A DNA stretch of 64,000 bases from an uncultured archaeon (GTDB lineage: Archaea; Asgardarchaeota; Hermodarchaeia; Hermodarchaeales; Hermodarchaeaceae), in NCBI GenBank assembly GCA_964347045.1, contig CAYFXC010000001.1, forward strand, positions 187,256 to 251,255, in the 5' to 3' direction. Within the stretch, counting starts at the first letter, position 1. Each line of letters opens with the position of its first letter. Below, piece by piece: positions 10,377 through 20,460 of this stretch. The notes beneath the pieces were generated by a model that had not been told where the DNA came from, did no database searches, and saw only the letters and a program-made list of their open reading frames with translations. The translations under genes and the position numbers were made by a program.

Positions 10377-11072
10377 CTAAACTTCACCATAAATTGCACT
10401 TAGAAAAACATGGTCTGCTGAAAAGGGGTCTAAAGATATCCTGTCTACCACAGTAAATCCTGATTGTGCTAAGGTCTTTTCTTCACGATTAAATATTCGG
10501 GTTGGCTTTGCGGTAACATCTATGCTTCGCGCTTTGATTGCCACATATGCCGTTCCTCCCGGTTGAAGAAACCTTTTCGCATTTTGAACCAAGATTCTGG
10601 CCTGATTAGGCTGTGCGACGTCCTGGTATAGAACATCCACCAACTGTGGTACTTGAATATAGGATTCTGGATATCTTGCATCTGCCATTATTGGTATCAT
10701 GTTCTTTCGGCTGGCACAGACTTGAATCAGGTCACGCATCACTCGAGGAGCAAACTCAATGCAGTATACACGGCCATCAGAACCTATAAGATCCGATACA
10801 TGACTAGCTGTTGTTCCTGAAGATGCACCCAGATAAAGGACTGAACTGTTGGGCGCAAAGGCAAACGCTTCTACACCTCGAATAAGTGCTGCAGAGAGTT
10901 TACTTCGGTACGGGTCCCAAATCCGGTACTCGTGAGATTTTTGGGTGACAATTTGCTCGTTGTAAACGCTAGTTCCTGGGGCTAAGTTTTTAGTAGCTGG
11001 TCGTTTTGCACCTGCATCTAGTTGTGCCCAATAAACACCAGGTTTTTTTGGATCTTCTGTAATGTGAATCAA
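10377..11072 (-). CDS. flpA: Fibrillarin-like rRNA/tRNA 2'-O-methyltransferase
   Basis: WDPYRSKL, VLYLGASSGTTASHVSD, YQDVAQPNQ, IKARSID. Confidence 0.97.
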   Translation of the reverse strand: MIHITEDPKKPGVYWAQLDAGAKRPATKNLAPGTSVYNEQIVTQKSHEYRIWDPYRSKLSAALIRGVEAFAFAPNSSVLYLGASSGTTASHVSDLIGSDGRVYCIEFAPRVMRDLIQVCASRKNMIPIMADARYPESYIQVPQLVDVLYQDVAQPNQARILVQNAKRFLQPGGTAYVAIKARSIDVTAKPTRIFNREEKTLAQSGFTVVDRISLDPFSADHVFLSAIYGEV

Positions 11073-12313
11073 GATTTCTTCCTCCTTGCATTGGTTCGAC
11101 GTTTTTTCGGTGCGTGAGGTTTGGTTCTTTTTCTATGCTGCTTCCGCCTTGGAGGGCGTTTTTGGGGTTTAGATGGCACTGTTTTTGGAGCTATAGGATA
11201 TTTTCGTTTAACTTCTGCAACACGTGAAAGAACATTTTGTTTAAGATCATCAGCCACATACTGGCCTGAATACAAATCAATTCGTGCTGCAATAGCGATT
11301 TTCCCCGCAAGGATTCGCGCGATTTTTCCTCGTTGCCACCAAGGAGCCGAATGTATTAGGGTGTGCTGGAAAATAACACCATGTTTTGGAGGTTTTGCTC
11401 CAGTTTTTAAAGCACGAAAGAGGGCTTGTTCTGCGCCAAGCACCTGAATAGTACTTGCTGGAAATCGGGCAAGTTTCTCTATTCCTCCAGCTAATCCAAT
11501 TAACCGGGCACCAATTACAGGACCTATCAATCCTCTCATGTTTGGTGCCAGAGCTTGCATCGATTTATCCAGATATTTTTCCAATTGTTCCCTGAATTTG
11601 TGAAGGTTTAGAATCTGTTGAGCCAAAGATTGAATCATTTTCATATCCTTAACAGAAATTTCTGCGCCCATTGACTGTTTGAGCGATTCTATTTTCACAG
11701 ATGATTCTTCAATCAACCTAACGAGATCTAAATCGTTTTCAATTTGATCTCTAGAACCACCATCAGCAACAACCCGTGCTAGGGTTTGACCATTCTCGAT
11801 AGCATGGGCAGCCTCTGGAAAATGTAAACCATACCACTCTCGAAGTCGAGACACCATCAGATTTTGCACTTTCTCAACATCATCCAAGGAATTCATCGCC
11901 TGGATGACAACTTGGTCACTTTGTTCGGATGCCTCTCGGATTGCGAGACGAGAAATCCCAATTGCTACTTCATGAAGTAATTTCTCCTCTTTTGAAGACA
12001 TTATGCGACTTATGAAATTTTGACGCAATTGTCGCCATATCCTTACATCTTCATATTCTTGTACGGTAACTTCATATATTCTCGAAAATTCATCCGCAAC
12101 AATTGGTGATTCAACAAAGAACCGATTTACTTCCTTTGCTCCTAAAACACGAAAGAACTCCGTAAGTTGAAGATCTTTTTCTCCACGGCGAATTCGATCA
12201 TGAAATTGAATAATTTCATCCACGGTCTTACCTAGGGATATCTCAGAGATAATTGAAAACTGCTCGTCAACACAATATAATTTTCCAATACTAAAGACGA
12301 GAAACCCATCCAT
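11069..12313 (-). CDS. nop5: C/D box RNP subunit Nop5 (Nop56/58)
   Basis: RLREWYGLHFPE, PASTIQVLGAEQALF, PPKHGVIFQH, RGKIAR. Confidence 0.96.
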   Translation of the reverse strand: MDGFLVFSIGKLYCVDEQFSIISEISLGKTVDEIIQFHDRIRRGEKDLQLTEFFRVLGAKEVNRFFVESPIVADEFSRIYEVTVQEYEDVRIWRQLRQNFISRIMSSKEEKLLHEVAIGISRLAIREASEQSDQVVIQAMNSLDDVEKVQNLMVSRLREWYGLHFPEAAHAIENGQTLARVVADGGSRDQIENDLDLVRLIEESSVKIESLKQSMGAEISVKDMKMIQSLAQQILNLHKFREQLEKYLDKSMQALAPNMRGLIGPVIGARLIGLAGGIEKLARFPASTIQVLGAEQALFRALKTGAKPPKHGVIFQHTLIHSAPWWQRGKIARILAGKIAIAARIDLYSGQYVADDLKQNVLSRVAEVKRKYPIAPKTVPSKPQKRPPRRKQHRKRTKPHAPKKRRTNARRKKS

Positions 12314-12461
12314 TTTCTTTCACCTATTCGCGTGTGCCTACCAGTTCAACCCCCTGTAAAAAGATTCCTGAAACCAAAGAGCATGCAAAACCGTCATTTT
12401 TCCTTACGGCAAACGGAAATCCTTAAAGCCTAAGATGCAAACACCGACTCAGTGATACGAA

Positions 12462-12635
12462 ATGCCAGGATCACACGGAAGCTTAACTAAAGCCGGTAAG
12501 GTTCGGAGCCAAACCCCCAAGGTTAAAGGTAAAGTACGTGTTACTCCGATTCCCCGACTACGCAATCGTAGAATTTACACAAAACGCATCTTAAACCAGA
12601 CTCCTGCTGGACAGCCCAAAGCTGTTCGACGCTAG
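12462..12635 (+). CDS. rps30e: 30S ribosomal protein eS30 (below ORF-track size cut-off)
   Basis: MPGSHGSLTKAGKVRSQTPKV. Confidence 0.95.
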   Translation: MPGSHGSLTKAGKVRSQTPKVKGKVRVTPIPRLRNRRIYTKRILNQTPAGQPKAVRR

Positions 12636-12700
12636 TACTTGTGTACTGTAGTCTAGCCCTTCTCTTCACGCTTTTCATTTAATATGCGAATTCTTGTCAG

Positions 12701-14296
12701 GTGGCAATTAGGTTGCAACGCGTTGCAGACGAAATACTTCAAGCAGCATTGTCAGGTAAGATTCAAAGTAAGGTTGACCTTCAGAAACTAAAACGCAAAT
12801 TGAGCCGAAAATATAATCTCTCACGGTTTCCTTCTGATGTCGAAATATTAGGGTACGCAACAGAAGAGGAGAAAGAACAGGTAGGTCATATTTTGCGTAA
12901 GAAACCAACCAGAACTCTATCCGGCGTTGTTGTCGTTGCCGTGATGGCTGAACCAATGGAATGCCCTGGTCAGTGTATCTACTGTCCAACGAATATCCCT
13001 ACTGCTCCGAAGGCATATGTTGGAGAAGAACCTGCCACACTAAGAGCGAGACAAAACGAATATGATCCATATCTTCAAGTAGCAAGTCGCCTAGAACAAC
13101 TCCAGGCCATGGGTCATAGCATCGATAAAGTCGAATTAATCATAATGGGTGGGACATTTCTTTTCGCTTCAGATGAATATCAGCAAGAGTTTGTAAAGCG
13201 CTGCCTTGATGCCATGACTGGCCGTGAAGCCCATGATATCGAAGAAGCAACGAAATTGGCTGAAAAAGCCCCTATTCGCCCGGTTGGAATAACTATTGAA
13301 ACGCGTCCTGATTACTGCAGAACAACACACGTTGATAGAATGTTAAATTTAGGAGCAACAAGAGTTGAATTAGGCGTTCAAACCATCTTTGATGACATAT
13401 ATACAGCAATATATCGTGGACATACCGTATCTGATGTTATTAGCGCGACGCAATTAGCTAAAGACGCGGGGTTGAAAGTGTGTTATCATATCATGCCAGG
13501 ACTACCTGGATCTTCAAAGAAACGGGATCAACAAGTTTTCAAAGATTTATTTTTACGCGAAGAATTTCAACCTGACCTACTCAAAATCTATCCATGTTTA
13601 GTATTACGTGGTAGTGACTTGTTCGACCTGTGGCACCAAGGTAAATACGTTCCATACTCAACGAATGAAGTGATTGATCTTATCGCGGATGTGATGCCTT
13701 CTATTCCCCGTTGGGTACGCATTCAACGTATGCAACGTGATATTCCTAAACGTCTAATCGTGGCAGGCCCTAATGCAGGAAATTTAACCCAACTCGTTTT
13801 CCAACGTGCTGAAAAAAAGGGATACCAGCTACAAACTATCCGATATCGCGAGATTGGGTATAAGCAGAGAGCTCAGATATTTCGAAGCCAAAAAGTGCCT
13901 GATATCGAATCCTTAGAACTTAGAGTTGATGAATATCCAGCATCCCAGGGCAGGGAGATATTCCTTGCCTACGAAAACCCCGATCTTGATTCATTAATCG
14001 GTTACTTGCGACTTCGGATTCCAAGCGAATTCGCTCATAGACCTGAAATTAAATTCCACAATGCGGCGCTGCTTCGTGAACTCCATATATATGGTCAGTC
14101 AGTTAATCTTGGAACAACTAAAGAGGGTGCATGGCAGCATCGCGGGGTTGGCGCCCAACTCTTAGGTGCAGCTGAAGAATACGCTCAAAAATATGATCGC
14201 CAACGGATTGTCTGTACAAGCGGTATTGGTGCAAGAGAATATTATCATCGGCATGGTTATCGGCACGATGGACCATATATGACAAAACGCTTATAG
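12701..14296 (+). CDS. elp3: Elp3 tRNA uridine(34) acetyltransferase (radical SAM + GNAT)
   Basis: RTLSGV, CPGQCIYCP, ETRPDY, RELHIYG, WQHRGVG. Confidence 0.96.
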   Translation: MAIRLQRVADEILQAALSGKIQSKVDLQKLKRKLSRKYNLSRFPSDVEILGYATEEEKEQVGHILRKKPTRTLSGVVVVAVMAEPMECPGQCIYCPTNIPTAPKAYVGEEPATLRARQNEYDPYLQVASRLEQLQAMGHSIDKVELIIMGGTFLFASDEYQQEFVKRCLDAMTGREAHDIEEATKLAEKAPIRPVGITIETRPDYCRTTHVDRMLNLGATRVELGVQTIFDDIYTAIYRGHTVSDVISATQLAKDAGLKVCYHIMPGLPGSSKKRDQQVFKDLFLREEFQPDLLKIYPCLVLRGSDLFDLWHQGKYVPYSTNEVIDLIADVMPSIPRWVRIQRMQRDIPKRLIVAGPNAGNLTQLVFQRAEKKGYQLQTIRYREIGYKQRAQIFRSQKVPDIESLELRVDEYPASQGREIFLAYENPDLDSLIGYLRLRIPSEFAHRPEIKFHNAALLRELHIYGQSVNLGTTKEGAWQHRGVGAQLLGAAEEYAQKYDRQRIVCTSGIGAREYYHRHGYRHDGPYMTKRL

Positions 14297-14356
14297 AATT
14301 CCCAAACGGGAAAACTTATGCTACCAATTAGCTGTCTTTCATAGGGGCTACCAACA

Positions 14357-16189
14357 GTGTGTGGAATTATTGGCGCAATTCATACGAAAGGCAATATTGC
14401 CTCCTTATTGCGTCAATCTTTGAAGAGATTAGAGTATCGTGGCTATGACTCCAGTGGGATCGCTACAGCTTTTGAAGGCGTTTTGTTCATAAAGAAAGAT
14501 AAGGGCAAAATAGACGACATTCATCACCGCTTGAATTTTGATACACTGCCCGGTAGCATAGGAATTGGTCACACTCGATGGGCTACTCATGGAGCGCCTT
14601 CTAAATTAAACGCGCATCCTCATACCGATTGTCATAATCGCATTGCCGTTGTTCATAATGGAATCATTGAAAACTATCAAGAATTACGTGCAAAACTTCT
14701 TGCAAATGGACACCAGTTCCTATCTCAGACTGATACAGAAGTAATTCCGCACTTGATAGAAGAAGCACTTGAACAAACAAATCATCTTAACGAGGCAGTG
14801 GCACAGGTTATTCCACTATTGGAAGGAAGCTATGCCATTGTCGTCTTGGGGGCTAATGGCACGGAACTAGTGTGCGCCCGAAAAGAAAGTCCATTAGTAA
14901 TTGGATTGGGTTCCCGCGGGGTCTATTGTGCCTCAGATGTACCTGCATTCCTACCGATGACACGAAAAACAATCGTAGTTGATGATAACGAGCTTGCTCA
15001 TCTAACAACCAATGGTGCACTTTTTAGCCGAATGAGCAAATCGGGTTCGCTTTCCCCGCTTCCTCTTCGTGAACCGACTGTCGTGAAATGGACTATTGAC
15101 ATGGCACAAAAAGGCGGATATCCACATTTTATGTTGAAAGAAATTCACGAACAACCTCGCGCACTCAGTGATACACTTCGAATTCGAAAAGATGCCCTTG
15201 AAGCTTTTGCTGAAATCCTTTACAACCACAGAAATATCATAACCTTCGCGGCGGGAACCTCTTATCATGCAACTCTTGCAGCCAGATATATGTTCTCACA
15301 TATCGCAAATCAACTCATACATGGTGTAATCGCCTCAGAAGGATCAGATACAGTTGCGAAAAGTTTGGGAGAAGACACAGCCGTTTTAGCTGTAACTCAA
15401 TCCGGAGAAACCATTGATACTTTACATGCTGTTAAACACCTTAAGAACCAAGGAGCCACGATTTTAACCATAACTAATACTGTAGGCAGCTCAATTACCC
15501 GACTTGCTGATACAGTACTCTATACACAGGCTGGTCCTGAAATTGGTGTAGCGGCTACGAAGACCTTTGCAACACAACTAGCAACACTCGCCTTACTGTC
15601 AATTTCATTAGGCACAATGACAGGGGCGCAAACGAAAAAAGAAAGCCAAGAACTGTACGGAGCACTTGACCAATTTCCAAATCTTATCCAATCCATTATT
15701 CGTAATCAAGAGAACATGATTAAACAAACCGCCCAAGAATACATCACAGAACCCAGTTTCTTCTTTCTCGGTCGGGGTATTAGCACATCAACCGCAATGG
15801 AGGGCGCACTAAAAATAAAAGAAATTGCTTATGTCCATGCGGAAGGATATCCTGCGGGGGAATCCAAACATGGACCAATTGCCCTTGTTGAACCTGGTTT
15901 CCCTGTTGTATTTGTTGCTCCCAATGACCTTACGCGTCGCCATCTAGAAGGCAATGTTATGGAAATGAAGGCAAGAGGGGCTCAAATCATATCCCTCTGC
16001 TCAAATAAAGATCAACAACTAATCGATCTCAGTGATCAGGCAATAACCCTCCCAGTACTTCCTTCAATTCACTTTTCGCCAATTAGCTATGTCGTGCCGC
16101 TCCAACTTTTAGCATATTATGCAGCCATTTTACGTGGACACAATCCAGACCAACCGAGAAATCTAGCCAAAGCTGTCACAGTCCTTTGA
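14357..16189 (+). CDS. glmS: Glutamine--fructose-6-phosphate transaminase
   Basis: CGII N-terminus, LEYRGYDS, GHTRWATHG, KHGPIAL, PRNLAKAVTV. Confidence 0.97.
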   Translation: MCGIIGAIHTKGNIASLLRQSLKRLEYRGYDSSGIATAFEGVLFIKKDKGKIDDIHHRLNFDTLPGSIGIGHTRWATHGAPSKLNAHPHTDCHNRIAVVHNGIIENYQELRAKLLANGHQFLSQTDTEVIPHLIEEALEQTNHLNEAVAQVIPLLEGSYAIVVLGANGTELVCARKESPLVIGLGSRGVYCASDVPAFLPMTRKTIVVDDNELAHLTTNGALFSRMSKSGSLSPLPLREPTVVKWTIDMAQKGGYPHFMLKEIHEQPRALSDTLRIRKDALEAFAEILYNHRNIITFAAGTSYHATLAARYMFSHIANQLIHGVIASEGSDTVAKSLGEDTAVLAVTQSGETIDTLHAVKHLKNQGATILTITNTVGSSITRLADTVLYTQAGPEIGVAATKTFATQLATLALLSISLGTMTGAQTKKESQELYGALDQFPNLIQSIIRNQENMIKQTAQEYITEPSFFFLGRGISTSTAMEGALKIKEIAYVHAEGYPAGESKHGPIALVEPGFPVVFVAPNDLTRRHLEGNVMEMKARGAQIISLCSNKDQQLIDLSDQAITLPVLPSIHFSPISYVVPLQLLAYYAAILRGHNPDQPRNLAKAVTVL

Positions 16190-16251
16190 TACAAAGAGTT
16201 AAAGGACTACATTGGTTAGTTCACAACACCTCAAAAAATAGGTGAAAAGAT

Positions 16252-16482
16252 TTGGCTCGCTGCCCTGAATGTGCTGGGACGATGAAATTCGATCCTAAGA
16301 GCAGCCGTCAAGTATGTCAGCGATGTGGCCTTGCCGTATCCCGTGCCGAGTTGGATCGGTTATGGGATGAACAACGTTCCTCTTTTCGCGAAGAGGATAA
16401 AGAACGAGAAAAGTCTCAACGTCGCCGCGACTATCTTGATTGGTGGCTTGGAAAGAAAGAAAAAGGCAAACGAAAGAAGTAA
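16252..16482 (+). CDS. Small Zn-ribbon hypothetical protein
   Basis: CPEC..CQRC, SD AGGTGA, charged helical tail with DYLDWWL. Confidence 0.75.
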   Translation: MARCPECAGTMKFDPKSSRQVCQRCGLAVSRAELDRLWDEQRSSFREEDKEREKSQRRRDYLDWWLGKKEKGKRKK

Positions 16483-16611
16483 ATACACTTCTCTGGGGTT
16501 CTAACCTACTCAGTTTTACGTGAGTGTGGAAAATCCTTTTATGGGCAGCAACTTCATTTCGTGCAGTGAAGCGGCTAGTCTTCACTGATTGACTGTTTCG
16601 AGGGTGCGTAC

Positions 16612-17817
16612 GTGGGCGAGAATATCATCGAAAAGGCATTATTAGGTGCTTCGGTTTTTAAAAACGAAGAGACTCTTCATCCCGCATTCATTCCCCCTGA
16701 ACTTCCCAAACGCGAGAATCAACTCGTACGGCTTAGCCATACTTTTAAGTCTTTACTCAACAAGGATGGAGCCTATGCAGTGAACGTTGCTGTTGTTGGC
16801 AAACCGGGAACTGGAAAAACGGTTTCTATCCGATATTTTGGGCGTGGACTAGAAAAAGCTGCTGCGAAGCGTAGCATCAAAGTCCGGTTCGAATATTATG
16901 ACTGCTTTATGTTTAGAACAAAAAGTGCGATTCTCCGAGATTTACTCACTGAACGTTTCAAAGTCACAAGTCGTGGTTTTTCTGATGAGGAAATTACAAC
17001 AATGATTAATCGACGTCTAACTCGGGAAAATATTCGATTAGTGTTGTGTCTTGACGAAGCCTATTTACTTGGACAAGATCTTCTCAGCCTTATTCATGCT
17101 AGTGAAGTAGCCAAACATGGACAAGCATTTATCTCAACCCTAATAGCTTGCCGCGTAGTTGATTGGCAAAACACCTTGAGTTTTCCACTTTCAGGTCGAC
17201 TTCATGACCGAATTGATATGCCATCCTATGATCAAGATGAACTCTATAACATCTTTAAATATCGATCAGAGCTGGCGTTTCACAAAGACGTCGTGACCGA
17301 TGACATTCTCCACATGGTTGCGAACATAGCTGCATCCACGCAGAATGCACGTCATGGTATTGAAATGCTGTATTTAGCTGGGAAGGCAGCTGACCGGTAC
17401 AACGTTCGCCCAATAACTCCTGAACTAATTCGAAGGGCCAAACAAGAAGTCTATTCAGAATTACGTTCTGATGTTCTCTATGGTCTCCGTGACCAAGAAA
17501 TACTCGTACTCGCGGCACTTACCCGGGAATTGAAAGCCGAAACGGCTAGTTCAACTATTATTGCAAAGATCTATGAACGCTATCAGCTAATTTGTGAAGA
17601 ATTTGGGGTAAAGAAGCAAGCCCTACCAACGTTTCGAAAAACCGTTGATGCATTAGTGGCTCTAGGTATCATTGGAAAAGTAGTAGAAGGCATCGGAACT
17701 GGTCAACGTGGACGACGTGCACGCTTAACTCTCATGGATATCCCAGTCGAAGTTTTTGATGAGCGCGTTAGTGAAATCTTACAACGCCGTCAATCTATGG
17801 AAAGTAATATCGACTGA
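16612..17817 (+). CDS. cdc6: Orc1/Cdc6 family replication initiator
   Basis: VFKNEETLHPAFIP.ELPKRE, GKPGTGKT, LDEA, C-terminal winged helix with GRR. Confidence 0.9.
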   Translation: MGENIIEKALLGASVFKNEETLHPAFIPPELPKRENQLVRLSHTFKSLLNKDGAYAVNVAVVGKPGTGKTVSIRYFGRGLEKAAAKRSIKVRFEYYDCFMFRTKSAILRDLLTERFKVTSRGFSDEEITTMINRRLTRENIRLVLCLDEAYLLGQDLLSLIHASEVAKHGQAFISTLIACRVVDWQNTLSFPLSGRLHDRIDMPSYDQDELYNIFKYRSELAFHKDVVTDDILHMVANIAASTQNARHGIEMLYLAGKAADRYNVRPITPELIRRAKQEVYSELRSDVLYGLRDQEILVLAALTRELKAETASSTIIAKIYERYQLICEEFGVKKQALPTFRKTVDALVALGIIGKVVEGIGTGQRGRRARLTLMDIPVEVFDERVSEILQRRQSMESNID

Positions 17818-17843
17818 ACACAAACGGATATGAGGGAACAAGG

Positions 17844-18401
17844 ATGGAAACTCAAAATATGAAAGAAACACTTTGGTTTCAATACGAAAATGCTACAGTG
17901 ACACTAATTGCATCAAAGACCCTCGAGGAGTTCACAATCAATGACTCGACGTATGGTCCTGTGGAAAAAGGTCGGGAATTCGATGTGCCACTGTGGGTAG
18001 CCGAAGTATTGGCCTCTAATAACATGGCTCGTTTGAAAGCCCCTGCATTAGGTGTACCAGACCTCCAAAAGGCCCTTTGGCGGGAAACTGGAGAACCAGT
18101 GCTTCAACCATTAACTCCCAATTATTATTTTCAAGTTCGAACCGCAATAAAACATCTCGCTCATCAAAACAAGAAGTCGCCTAATGATGTTCGATTAGCG
18201 GCCCAAACAAAAATGGAAACTTTACTCCGTGACCTTATTGACAATAGGTTACTGAAGCTCATGAAATTATCTCTTCGGGAAGAAAGAATACGAGAAACGA
18301 AAAAGAAAATGACGGAAGAAGAACGCTGGCTTTTTGACAGACTCGTCATTCTTTTACGTAATTGGCAAATAGAAGTAATGGAGATTGACATTGGTGACTG
18401 A
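17844..18401 (+). CDS. GINS subunit (Gins23/Psf2-like)
   Basis: VPLWVAEVL, LQPLTPNYYF, RLLKLMKL, MTEEERWLF; immediately upstream of mcm. Confidence 0.88.
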   Translation: METQNMKETLWFQYENATVTLIASKTLEEFTINDSTYGPVEKGREFDVPLWVAEVLASNNMARLKAPALGVPDLQKALWRETGEPVLQPLTPNYYFQVRTAIKHLAHQNKKSPNDVRLAAQTKMETLLRDLIDNRLLKLMKLSLREERIRETKKKMTEEERWLFDRLVILLRNWQIEVMEIDIGD

Positions 18402-20460
18402 AGAAATCGACTACATAACCCGATATGAAGAGTTTCTAAAATCTTACAAAACAGAAGACGGCGAAACTCCTTACAACGATGCAATCGCGCGGCTTAGTTT
18501 GGAAAAACTCATCTCAATATCCATTGATTTCAATCAACTGCTTACATTTGATCCAGAACTAGCCGCTGCAACAAAAGAGAACCCACAAAGATCAATTGAA
18601 GCTGCTTCTGCCGCCATCCGTCGCATTCTTCGGGTCGTTGATTCCGATTATTCTGAAACCATCGAAAACTTACACGCACGCTTCAAAGAAGTCCCTGATC
18701 GTGTATCAGTTCGCTTCATCCGAGCTGAACACATTGGTCAATTAATCATGGTCGACGCACTTGTCACCCGCGTCAGTGATGTAAAACCGCTTCTCGTGGA
18801 AGGTATTTTCCAGTGCCGACAATGTCAAGAAATCCTCTACGTCCAGCAAGCCAATCAATTCATTCTCCCAACTCTTTGTACTAACGATGCTTGTCGAAGT
18901 AAAGGACCATTCGACCTTATCCCTGAACGCTCAAAATTCGTTGATTGGCAAAAAATCCGACTTCAAGAGAAACCTGAAGAACTTCCACCAGGCGCCCTCC
19001 CGCGAGCGCTTGATTGTGTACTTCAAGATGATTTGGTCGATATCGCCCGTCCTGGCGACCCCTGTCGTGTCGTTGGCATCTTACGATCAACACAAGACAC
19101 CACCGCTCGTACACGACGTAAAGCCCCCACCTTCAGCGTCTTCTTAGCCACCAACTACGTCGAAGTCTCAGAAAGAGAAGCTGATCGTGTCGAAATCGAC
19201 CCTAAAGAAGAAAAACAAATCCAAAAACTCGCCCAAGACCCACTCATCCACCGAAAACTCGTCAACTCCATCGCCCCCTCCATCTACGGGCTCACAGACA
19301 TCAAAGAAGCCGTGTGCCTCCTCCTTTTCGGTGGAGTTAGCAAAGTCCTCGCCGATGGCATCAAAATACGTGGCGACTCCAACATCCTTCTCGTAGGAGA
19401 TCCTGGAACAGCTAAATCGCAACTTTTGAAGTATGTAGCTCAGATTGCGCCACGTGGGCTCTATACTTCTGGAAAGGGATCAACCGCTGCGGGTTTAACT
19501 GCTGCTGTTCTTCGTGATCCTGATACTGAAGGGTTTGCCTTGGAAGCAGGTGCTCTTGTTCTCGCTGATCGTGGAACTGCTTGTATCGATGAATTCGATA
19601 AGATGCGGCCTCAGGATCGTACGGCAATACATGAATCGATGGAACAGCATACTGTGAGTATAGCCAAGGCAGGGATTGTTGCGACGCTGAATGCGCGTAC
19701 GGCGATTTTAGCTGCCGCGAACCCGAATCTCGGGCGTTATGTGCCAGAACGGTCGTTTGCGGAGAATGTGAATTTGCCGGTGACCCTTTTGTCACGGTTT
19801 GATCTAATTTTTACGCTGACCGATTTGCCTGAAGCAGAACGAGACGAACGGACTGCTGAACATATAATCTCTTTACATCAACAGAAGGGTCAATCTAAAG
19901 ATCCTCCAATTCCAGCGGATTTGCTTAGGAAGTATATCGCGTTTGCTCGGCGTAGTTTATCACCTAGCCTCTCTGATGAGGCATTGAGTGTGTTGAAAGA
20001 TTTCTATTTGGGGATGCGGAAATCTGGGGAACGTGAGAATGCACCAGTACCAATTACAGCACGGCAGTTGGAGTCGCTAATTAGGCTAACGGAGGCACAT
20101 GCGAAGATGGCGCTTCGTGAAAAGGTTTTGGCTGAAGATGCACAGGCAGCGGTTCGTCTTGTCCAAGTCTCATTGCAACAGGTTGGGTTTGATGCGGAAA
20201 CGGGTCAATATGATATTGATAATATTATGATTGGACGTGCCAAATCGCAACGGGATAAATTGCAGGCGATTTTGACGATGATTCGAGAACTCGAAAAAGA
20301 ATCTCCCGGGGGTGTTCCTATCGAGAAGTTGGAAGAACGGGCTGAGCTAGACGGGGTTTCTGCAGACTTTGTTCGGCAAGCGGTGGTTCAACTTCGTGAC
20401 AAAGATGGGTTGGTCTTTGAACCTCGTCCCGGGCGTCTGAAGTATATCAAAGGTGCCTAA
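18385..20460 (+). CDS. mcm: Replicative helicase MCM (no intein)
   Basis: Zn finger, GDPGTAKSQ, IDEFDKM, LLSRFDL, ITARQLE. Confidence 0.98.
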   Translation: MTLVTEEIDYITRYEEFLKSYKTEDGETPYNDAIARLSLEKLISISIDFNQLLTFDPELAAATKENPQRSIEAASAAIRRILRVVDSDYSETIENLHARFKEVPDRVSVRFIRAEHIGQLIMVDALVTRVSDVKPLLVEGIFQCRQCQEILYVQQANQFILPTLCTNDACRSKGPFDLIPERSKFVDWQKIRLQEKPEELPPGALPRALDCVLQDDLVDIARPGDPCRVVGILRSTQDTTARTRRKAPTFSVFLATNYVEVSEREADRVEIDPKEEKQIQKLAQDPLIHRKLVNSIAPSIYGLTDIKEAVCLLLFGGVSKVLADGIKIRGDSNILLVGDPGTAKSQLLKYVAQIAPRGLYTSGKGSTAAGLTAAVLRDPDTEGFALEAGALVLADRGTACIDEFDKMRPQDRTAIHESMEQHTVSIAKAGIVATLNARTAILAAANPNLGRYVPERSFAENVNLPVTLLSRFDLIFTLTDLPEAERDERTAEHIISLHQQKGQSKDPPIPADLLRKYIAFARRSLSPSLSDEALSVLKDFYLGMRKSGERENAPVPITARQLESLIRLTEAHAKMALREKVLAEDAQAAVRLVQVSLQQVGFDAETGQYDIDNIMIGRAKSQRDKLQAILTMIRELEKESPGGVPIEKLEERAELDGVSADFVRQAVVQLRDKDGLVFEPRPGRLKYIKGA

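Noticed and set aside
16483-16611. Replication origin beside cdc6
   Set aside because: Short spacer with no repeated ORB elements or AT-rich unwinding element visible.
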